Positions 41,951 to 48,433 of a stretch of DNA of 64,000 nt are shown here, piece after piece. The translations under genes were made by a program, and so were the position numbers. The notes under the pieces were generated by a model. It was not told where the DNA came from. It worked only from the letters and a program-made list of their open reading frames with translations, and made no database searches. The stretch's first letter is position 1, and every line of letters starts with the position of its first letter. Source of the DNA: Muribaculaceae bacterium (lineage in GTDB: Bacteria > Bacteroidota > Bacteroidia > Bacteroidales > Muribaculaceae); assembly GCA_029062005.1 (NCBI GenBank), contig JAIDQZ010000041.1, positions 946 through 64,945 on the forward strand, read 5' to 3'.

Positions 41951-42048
41951 CTCAATCCTCAATCCTCAATTCTCAATTCTCAATCCTCAATCCTCAATCC
42001 TCAATTCTCAATTCTCAATCCTCAATCCTCAATTCTCAATTCTCAATT
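41951..42048. repeat. Heptamer array (CTCAATY) x14
   Basis: Counted 14 units, then degenerate AATTCTA copies up to the lysin start. Confidence 0.95.
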
Positions 42049-42084
42049 ATTCTAAATTCTAAATTAAAAATTCTAAATTAAAAA

Positions 42085-42648
42085 GTGGCACATCTCGAAA
42101 AATTCATCCCGTTTCTGATCTTCTGGGAAACCGGCATCAAAGACACGACGCTCGGCAATAAGCATCTGTTTGGCAAAGCTAAAGCAAAAGGCATAGCCAA
42201 TGATCCATATGACATGGGAGGGGCAACTATGGCAGGTGTGACTATAGGCACTTACCGCACATATTGTATCCGTAAAAATCGCCCTGTCCCATCTGTAAGA
42301 TCTTTGTCAAGACTGTCATATGAGGAATGGCTTGATATCCTCAAGACAATGTTCTGGGATCGTTGGCAGGCAGACAGGATACTGGATCAGAAAGTGGCGG
42401 AGATGCTTGTGGACTGGGTATGGACCAGCGGCAGCTACGGGATCACCATTCCGCAACGGCTCATAGGAGTAAAAGCAGACGGCATTGTGGGTCCGAAAAC
42501 CCTCGATGCCGTCAACAGATCTGATCCCGATGAATTATTCCGGCTTATAAAACAGGAGAGGATCGCCTACATAGACCGCATCTGCACCTCCCGTCCCGCC
42601 AACCTCCGCTTCCGCTCCGGCTGGCTTCGCCGCCTCCACGCCCTTTGA
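42085..42648 (+). CDS. GH108 N-acetylmuramidase with C-terminal peptidoglycan-binding domain (endolysin-like)
   Basis: WE...NDPYDMGGATMAGVT, VKADGIVGPKTL, NLRFRSGWLRR. Confidence 0.88.
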   Translation: MAHLEKFIPFLIFWETGIKDTTLGNKHLFGKAKAKGIANDPYDMGGATMAGVTIGTYRTYCIRKNRPVPSVRSLSRLSYEEWLDILKTMFWDRWQADRILDQKVAEMLVDWVWTSGSYGITIPQRLIGVKADGIVGPKTLDAVNRSDPDELFRLIKQERIAYIDRICTSRPANLRFRSGWLRRLHAL

Positions 42649-42713
42649 AAGATAATTTATTTAAGTTGAGCTTATGAGATGGGGAATTCCGAATTCGAAA
42701 AAAGAGTATTTTT

Positions 42714-42745
42714 TTTGCATAAATAGATAAATATGTCTATCTTTG
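42714..42745 (+). promoter_or_regulatory. Bacteroidetes housekeeping promoter
   Basis: TTTG (42714-42717), 20-nt spacer, TATCTTTG (42738-42745); matches the TTTG-N19-21-TAnnTTTG consensus. Confidence 0.75.
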
Positions 42746-42747
42746 CA

Positions 42748-42852
42748 ATGGAAGTTGTTTAAGCTTATTTCCGATTGGCTCCCTATTAAGCCAAAGCAGG
42801 TCTGCACGAAAATATGACGAAATCTTAATAAAATAGGTCGAAACAACTTCAT
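42748..42852 (+). ncRNA. Candidate structured RNA or leader starting at the promoter
   Basis: GAAGTTGTTT/AAACAACTTC 10-bp closing stem with inner stems (see findings). Confidence 0.45.
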
Positions 42853-42995
42853 ATGGTATTCATTATATAGACCTTGAAGGATGCGAGCTGCGAGCTGACG
42901 ACCGCCTTCATTTCAATGGTAACGGGTGTCGTGAGGCAGCCAATCGCTTCTTCCAATGCCTACAAGATCTGGATCTCCTTCCCGTTGAAAAGTAG
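42852..42995 (+). pseudogene. 3' fragment of an SGNH/GDSL-like hydrolase gene
   Basis: YGIHYIDLEGCELRADDRLHFNGNGCREAANRFFQCL...*: a DxxH block-V-like motif with no start codon. Confidence 0.4.
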
Positions 42996-43135
42996 GTGTA
43001 AAAAACTCGCTCCAATGCGTAATATGTAAAGATGTATAAAAGAAGAAATATAAGGTGATTAATGTAGGTTGGGAGATCAGAAAAGGAGTATTCTAATAAT
43101 AATGTAACTGTTCTCCGGTAAAAGACAAGAAAGAT

Positions 43136-43666
43136 ATGAAAGATTTTGCGGCAATAGATTTCGAGACAGCCAACGGCAGCCGTTCTTCGGTATGCAGTGT
43201 CGGTATCGTCATCGTGCGTGACGGGGAAATAGCAGACAGATTCTATAGCCTTATACGTCCTACTCCCAACTATTACAGCCCTTTCACCACCCGTATTCAC
43301 GGGCTAACGCGTCGCGACACCGATACGGCTCCGAAATTCCCAGATGTATGGTCTCAGGTCCGGGACCGGATAGCAGGTCTTCCTCTTGTGGCCCATAACC
43401 GTCCGTTTGATGAAAGTTGTCTCAAGGCGGTTTTTGCTGAGTATGGGATGGATTATCCCGGCTATGAATTCCACTGCACCCTCGCAGCCTCAAGACGTAC
43501 GCTCAAGCTGCCATGTCATCAGCTACATGTAGTGGCGGCAGCCTGCGGGTATGCTCTCGACCACCACCATCACGCTCTGGCAGATGCAGAGGCATGCAGT
43601 TTTGTGTGTATTGATATACAGAGGAGATTTGGTTGGGAAGTGTTTGAAAATCAAAATCATAAATAA
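43136..43666 (+). CDS. DEDDh 3'-5' exonuclease (DnaQ-like); C-terminus supplied by the inserted element
   Basis: AIDFETAN, AHNRPFD, HHALADAEAC; the native tail is displaced to 44403-44444. Confidence 0.92.
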   Translation: MKDFAAIDFETANGSRSSVCSVGIVIVRDGEIADRFYSLIRPTPNYYSPFTTRIHGLTRRDTDTAPKFPDVWSQVRDRIAGLPLVAHNRPFDESCLKAVFAEYGMDYPGYEFHCTLAASRRTLKLPCHQLHVVAAACGYALDHHHHALADAEACSFVCIDIQRRFGWEVFENQNHK

Positions 43667-43734
43667 GGTTTTATTAGTTTTCAATAGAGAATAACAGGAT
43701 AATTTGGAACTGTTATTTAACTTAATTTAACAAT

Positions 43735-43764
43735 AAAAGAGGTATGAAAAATCATACCTCTTTT
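43735..43764. terminator. Bidirectional terminator-like palindrome
   Basis: AAAAGAGGTATGA-AAAA-TCATACCTCTTTT, 13-bp perfect stem. Confidence 0.75.
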
Positions 43765-43786
43765 TCTTATATTTTTTTGAAAAATA

Positions 43787-43818
43787 TTTGTGTAATTCAA
43801 AAATTTTCATTAACTTTG
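43787..43818 (+). promoter_or_regulatory. Bacteroidetes promoter of the peptide/RHH module
   Basis: TTTG (43787-90), 20-nt spacer, TAACTTTG (43811-18). Confidence 0.75.
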
Positions 43819-43895
43819 TAATGTCAAACAAAGGGAGTTTGACAAGGTTAAGTTTCTTCACCCGAAGTAAGAAACAAAATGAAAAGCCAATGATT

Positions 43896-43964
43896 ATGAA
43901 AGCGACCCTCAAAATTGTTTTCAAAATCTGGAAGTTTAAAATAGAACTAACATATAAGTTCTAA
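43896..43964 (+). CDS. 22-aa cationic amphipathic peptide MKATLKIVFKIWKFKIELTYKF (alternative start 43890)
   Basis: Translated by hand; promoter and A-rich initiation region upstream, hairpin directly after the stop. Below the ORF-track cutoff. Confidence 0.6.
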   Translation: MKATLKIVFKIWKFKIELTYKF

Positions 43965-43967
43965 CTT

Positions 43968-43998
43968 CCAAGGTAGGGGCAAGACCCCTACCACTTGG
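43968..43998 (+). terminator. Hairpin plus T-rich tract between the peptide and RHH genes
   Basis: CCAAG-GTAGGGG-CAAGA-CCCCTAC-CA-CTTGG followed by CTTTTCATTTTTT. Confidence 0.65.
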
Positions 43999-44042
43999 CT
44001 TTTCATTTTTTCAAACACAAAGTTAATAAAAAAAAATCAATT

Positions 44043-44249
44043 ATGGAAATCAGTCTTAAAATTGAGAAGGTTGAAAACCGAGGAGGAGCGAGAAAAGGCG
44101 CAGGACGAAAGAAAACAGAAAACAGTCGCAACATTTCAGTTGCTTGCAGTCTTTCCCCAAAGGCATATGAAAACCTACAGAAACTTGTAGAGAAGGAGGG
44201 AAGCAATAAGAATGATGTTATAAATAAGATTCTTGAGAATCTTTCCTAA
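44043..44249 (+). CDS. Small DNA-binding protein (RGGxRxGAGRK motif plus ribbon-helix-helix-like region)
   Basis: NRGGARKGAGRKK, then SVACSLSPKAYENLQKLVEKEGSNKNDVINKIL (strand-helix-helix pattern). Confidence 0.7.
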   Translation: MEISLKIEKVENRGGARKGAGRKKTENSRNISVACSLSPKAYENLQKLVEKEGSNKNDVINKILENLS

Positions 44250-44251
44250 TC

Positions 44252-44288
44252 AATAAATGAGAGTGCGTTATTTGCGCTCTCATTTATT
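44252..44288. terminator. Bidirectional terminator
   Basis: AATAAATGAGAG...CTCTCATTTATT stem. Confidence 0.75.
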
Positions 44289-44402
44289 TTATACAATAAG
44301 TCAATCATTGGAGTTTAAACTGTTCTCTTACCTTCTCAATATTTGAAAGAATAAGTTCCCTGTTGTGTTTCTTATATATACACAAGACTGTGTGCGTCTG
44401 TT

Positions 44403-44444
44403 GACGCCGAGGCCTGCGCGGCAATAGCTCTTAAAATTCTCTGA
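44403..44444 (+). pseudogene. Displaced native 3' end of the exonuclease gene (DAEACAAIALKIL*)
   Basis: GAC GCC GAG GCC TGC GCG GCA ATA GCT CTT AAA ATT CTC TGA joins in frame after HALA at 43582. Confidence 0.85.
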
Positions 44445-44694
44445 AGTGAAGAAAGTCGCTTGGAAAAGTTGATATCGGGAGGTGATAATCTATATGAAAA
44501 CTTCGTTATATAATAAAGTTACATAATAGAATAGGCGAGATATACTATACGGTATATACAAAGTCTTATGTTTTGGCAAAGCATAAACTATACAAAAAGG
44601 GTCGATGCCTTCAAATGGAACCGACCCAATCTTATTTCTATTCAATTTTTTTTATCTGACAGTAAAAAGATTAATAGATAAATTGATTTCTAAA

Positions 44695-45792
44695 TCAATT
44701 TAGCCATTTTTTGTTTTTGGTATCGTATATTTTTGCTCCAGCAGTAAACGATCCTTTGGCATTGCTTACAACGATTCCAGCTTTTACATATCCACTATTG
44801 TCTATTTTGGTAGAATAGTTAAACGATGCGGAAGTTGCTGTGGCATTCAATTTTGTATCTTGCCATTCTTCAGCATAAGGATTCCAAACTCGTAATACAA
44901 TCTCTGTTGCTTTGCCATATCCATTGCCAGTGGAATTTTTCCAATTTAGAGTCATAGTGCTTCCGCTGACTGTACAATTACCGTAAGTATATGCTGGAGC
45001 AAATGCTTCATCATTGCTTGTTGCTGTGTATTTTGCATAATCGCTAAAGGGGCTCTCTCCTGCGCTATTAACTGCTTTCACTTTATAATAGGCAGTTGCT
45101 CCATTTGTTGGCGCATTTGAATCTGAATAACCATATTGCGCGTAAGATGTTTCACCAATTTTTGAATAGCTGCCGTTTGCGGAAGAACTTTTGTAAATAT
45201 AATATGTTGTTGCATTGTTGACTGAGTTCCAACGCACTCTAACATCAGGAATATAATTATTCCCTTCATTTGATACCGTTACGCCAGTAGGTGCTTGAGG
45301 TTTTTGTTGATTATTGTCTCCGCCTTGGTTGTCGTTGCCACTACCGCCAGGATTATCATTGCCACCACCTGAATTGCTGCCAATGTATTGAACGTAAATT
45401 GGTGATGATTTAGAACTTATCGAGTAAGTATTTCCTCTAAGGTTGTTACAGGCATAAATATAATAATAATTATCTCCTTCCAGGGGTTTAGTGTCTATTA
45501 CATTTGTATTATAGATTTTCCCGGAATCACCAATATACCCTAATGATACAGTAGTCCCATTTTTAGAATTTGACCGAGAAATTGTATAGAACTCTGCAAC
45601 ATCTACTGGATTCCAAGATAGCCTTACTCCATTGGTAACAACTGTCCCGGATACACCGGTCGGTGCTGTTAAGGAACTGGTGATGGGTGGGTTGTAATCC
45701 GGCTCGTCATCATCGTCTCCTCCGCAGGAAACGAAAGTAACGCTAAATGTCGCGACGAGCATCACTTTCAGATACTTTAGTAATTTTCCCAT
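44695..45792 (-). CDS. Surface lipoprotein with fibronectin type III repeats
   Basis: Lipobox FVSC-GGDDDDE (acidic export signal); APTGV...W..V..A..Y.IY.S FN3 units; AT-rich. Confidence 0.85.
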   Translation of the reverse strand: MGKLLKYLKVMLVATFSVTFVSCGGDDDDEPDYNPPITSSLTAPTGVSGTVVTNGVRLSWNPVDVAEFYTISRSNSKNGTTVSLGYIGDSGKIYNTNVIDTKPLEGDNYYYIYACNNLRGNTYSISSKSSPIYVQYIGSNSGGGNDNPGGSGNDNQGGDNNQQKPQAPTGVTVSNEGNNYIPDVRVRWNSVNNATTYYIYKSSSANGSYSKIGETSYAQYGYSDSNAPTNGATAYYKVKAVNSAGESPFSDYAKYTATSNDEAFAPAYTYGNCTVSGSTMTLNWKNSTGNGYGKATEIVLRVWNPYAEEWQDTKLNATATSASFNYSTKIDNSGYVKAGIVVSNAKGSFTAGAKIYDTKNKKWLN

Positions 45793-45850
45793 TTGTTTTG
45801 TTTGGTGTCGCCTCCATTCCTGATTTGACTTTTAAGTTGTTATACGAAAA

Positions 45851-46086
45851 AAGCGTGGAATGATATCTTGTCTATCTTCAAGGAGGCATCGCCAAACGCC
45901 TATCAGAGAAATAAACAGTCCACTCCCACGCCTTATCGGATATCGATACCCCTTGTCGGGGAGTGGATATACGACAAGCATGAGCGTTTTATTGACTGCT
46001 CATCCTTCTCTGATTTTGAAATTGGCGATTTCCTTGAAAGGATAAAGCAAAAAACGCTTCTATATGTCCGCAGAGTTATCTCTGCG
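45851..46086 (-). ncRNA. Candidate highly structured 5' leader RNA of the FN3 lipoprotein gene
   Basis: At least seven nested stems (see findings); a TAACTTTG -7 box sits on the minus strand at 46090-46097. Confidence 0.55.
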
Positions 46087-46197
46087 TTGCAAAGTTACGA
46101 AAAATTCATGAATTAGAAGCCATGAATCTCAGTTTTTTTTGATTTCATTCTATCATTGGCTGATCGCAATACTCACATTTTGGTCAATGCCGATAAA

Positions 46198-46218
46198 AAA
46201 ACCGCTATTAAGCGGTAT
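46198..46218 (-). terminator. Terminator of the TlpA-like genes
   Basis: ACCGCT-TAAT-AGCGGT followed by a T-run on the minus strand. Confidence 0.55.
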
Positions 46219-46330
46219 ATTCCCTACTACTGGAGAAAACCTACACAACATCGTCACCAATTATAGGGAAAAGGGATGTCGCAACGAGATAGCCTTGTGG
46301 CTGTCAAGTTTCTAAATATTGAGCACGTTC

Positions 46331-48289
46331 TTATTTAAGCCATCTGTCCAGTTCTTCCGTCAGGGAATGGATATGGTTTGAGGTGCAAAGGATATCACCG
46401 TTACTGCCTATGATGATGTAAGATGGATATGAGTGAAAATTGAAACGCTGCATAAGTCTCTGATGCTGGTCGAGAGGCAGACGGTAATGGTCGCCGGTGA
46501 AGCTCTTGATGCGTTCATTCCATAAAGCCTCCGGACTGGTCTCGTCGGCAAGGTAAACGAAAGCGACATTATCGGTGTAATCTCCTTTTACCTGTTCATG
46601 CTCCGCCATTGCTACCAGACAACCTCCACACCAGGTGTTCCATATATCAATGAATATCATTTTCCCCTTGTGTTTCTCCACCAGGTTAAGGATTATCTTG
46701 TCGGCGTCATCGTCGAGCGACATCTGGCTTACATTCGACACGGCTTTGCCAAGTATCTCCCTCTGCACATTGTTCTGCTCAGTTAGAAATGCCACTGCCA
46801 CCGGAGAAAAATCCTTGATCTCTTCATTCAATACTTCATCAGGCAACAAATCTCCTCTTAGCAACATAGCGGAATACGAACTGATGATCATATTCTGTCT
46901 GATGTCTTCATCATCGATGCCGGTGATATCGCTGAAACGTTGAATGTTTTCCGCCATATCATGACGCTTGAAGATCATTTGCAAGTCATTATTGTACTTT
47001 TCATAAAGAGAATCCAAGGCATCGCTGTTGGCCTCAAAGAATGCCGATTGCCTGCGACTGAAATCATCATTGGTCATCTCTTTATGGTAGCTTGATAATG
47101 ATATGCCATGATTATTCTCCATCTCACTGATGAACTTCAGATAAGCGTTGTAAATCTTTCTTGCATCCCTGATATTATCATCGGCAAGCATCGCCCGCAG
47201 GTTTCCGGCCTTTACCTTGTCTGCGCCGTCAAGCTGCAGGGAATCGCACAGGAATGCGACGCGGACTGACAAGCGCTTCCTGCCATCTTTCAGCACGTCG
47301 GCAGGCAGTCTGTCGATGTTGAACCCGAGCATACCCTCCACAAGTTTTGTCTCGTCTGCATCGAGTTTGCCGGTTGCCAGCAAATCTTCAAGTATATATG
47401 CCTCTATCTGTGCCGTCTCCGGACCTGAATCATCCGACAGATAAAGGCGACTGCAATAGGATACGGCAGAATCATAATTTCCTGCCCACCTTAGCCTGTG
47501 ACTATCTAAACCCAGCGCCGGAATAAAGGAATAGTAAGCGGAATCAGGCTTTACAAGCTGATAATACGGCGCCATCAATTGAGCCTGCGCTGCATCACAA
47601 TCAATATTTAGTCTCAGAAGCTGTTTCATCCTGTCGGTATATGGCAGCGTATCGACATGGGCATACTGTGAGGCACGGTGCTCCATCACTGCATGTACAA
47701 ACTCGGTGTTGTCGGCATATTTCTTATAGTAGGCTCCGTTTTTACCGAATGAGTTCCATATCACGTCATGGCCCGTATTTGTGGCAAGCATGTTGTTGAT
47801 GTCGCTGTCAGCGCCGCCGGCAAAGATCACGGTGCCGTCGTTACCCTGATGTCCGTTTGCCAATCGACCGGCATAATCGACGGTGATATTCACGTTTTCG
47901 CCTGGTGAGAGATACATGAGTCCGTAATAACCCGGTATGTCTATGAAGCAAGGCTGATGTGTCTGATAAAGTTTGACGTGCAAGTTGTAATTACCTGACG
48001 AATCAACCGGGGCAGTCCCATGCTTTTGATCAATATATCGTCCGAAAGAACTGCGGGGATAGATCTTGGCATTCGGATTGTCATCTTTTGCCCGATCATA
48101 GTTGATGGTGGTTCCAGTGATCGTGGCATATCCTTCCTCCCATAGCGGTGTAGGCAGCAAGTCTTTTCCGAGGCTATTCTCTTTTGTGGCAGTCACCGGT
48201 TTAGGCTCCGTCGGTTTTGTCTGCCGCCCGGAGATCGACATGCTTCCGCAGATGCAGATTGCCATGAGAAAAAGAAGTTCTCTTTTCAT
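46331..48289 (-). CDS. Exported protein with C-terminal TlpA/thioredoxin-like domain (CGGC)
   Basis: FIDIWNTWCGGC, SYPSYIIIGSNG. Confidence 0.8.
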   Translation of the reverse strand: MKRELLFLMAICICGSMSISGRQTKPTEPKPVTATKENSLGKDLLPTPLWEEGYATITGTTINYDRAKDDNPNAKIYPRSSFGRYIDQKHGTAPVDSSGNYNLHVKLYQTHQPCFIDIPGYYGLMYLSPGENVNITVDYAGRLANGHQGNDGTVIFAGGADSDINNMLATNTGHDVIWNSFGKNGAYYKKYADNTEFVHAVMEHRASQYAHVDTLPYTDRMKQLLRLNIDCDAAQAQLMAPYYQLVKPDSAYYSFIPALGLDSHRLRWAGNYDSAVSYCSRLYLSDDSGPETAQIEAYILEDLLATGKLDADETKLVEGMLGFNIDRLPADVLKDGRKRLSVRVAFLCDSLQLDGADKVKAGNLRAMLADDNIRDARKIYNAYLKFISEMENNHGISLSSYHKEMTNDDFSRRQSAFFEANSDALDSLYEKYNNDLQMIFKRHDMAENIQRFSDITGIDDEDIRQNMIISSYSAMLLRGDLLPDEVLNEEIKDFSPVAVAFLTEQNNVQREILGKAVSNVSQMSLDDDADKIILNLVEKHKGKMIFIDIWNTWCGGCLVAMAEHEQVKGDYTDNVAFVYLADETSPEALWNERIKSFTGDHYRLPLDQHQRLMQRFNFHSYPSYIIIGSNGDILCTSNHIHSLTEELDRWLK

Positions 48290-48433
48290 ATTTATCAGGT
48301 TATTGTTTATGAGGCAAAATTAATATGAAAGATCAAAATGAGCAATACCCAAAAGAGTATTCCAATTTTTTTAAAGCATAAATTCGATGTATAATTGACA
48401 CAAATCAATCATTTTTTTACATTCCGGTCGATA

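Larger units (their letters stand above)
43585..44402. mobile_element. 818-bp non-autonomous integrated element with GA/GA flanks and serine-recombinase-type att arms
   Basis: GA at 43583-84 and 44403-04; 27-bp inverted arms 43585-43611 and 44376-44402 match at 20/27; AT-rich interior; removal restores the exonuclease gene. Confidence 0.85.

Noticed and set aside
41951-42048. Heptamer array as CRISPR or a coding repeat (ORF 41853-42062)
   Set aside because: No spacers and no cas genes; the ORF is a translation of the repeat overlapping the spanin-like gene.
42751-42850. GTTGTTT...AAACAAC ends resembling type VI-B CRISPR repeat termini
   Set aside because: Single copy, about 100 nt rather than about 36 nt, no array and no cas13.
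43727-43924. Minus-strand 65-aa ORF in the mini-element
   Set aside because: TTG start, low-complexity AT-rich translation, overlaps the plus-strand promoter and hairpins; better explained as the antisense region.
44296-44402. Minus-strand open frame ending ...KKHNRELILSNIEKVREQFKLQ*
   Set aside because: No start inside the element and no recognisable motif; could be the tail of a deleted gene but is unsupported.
45860-46116. ORFs 45860-46045 and 45868-46116
   Set aside because: They overlie the structured leader on the opposite strand and show no protein-like features.
46155-46320. Short plus-strand frames between the FN3 promoter and the TlpA-like gene
   Set aside because: No recognisable homology; the region contains the minus-strand terminator.
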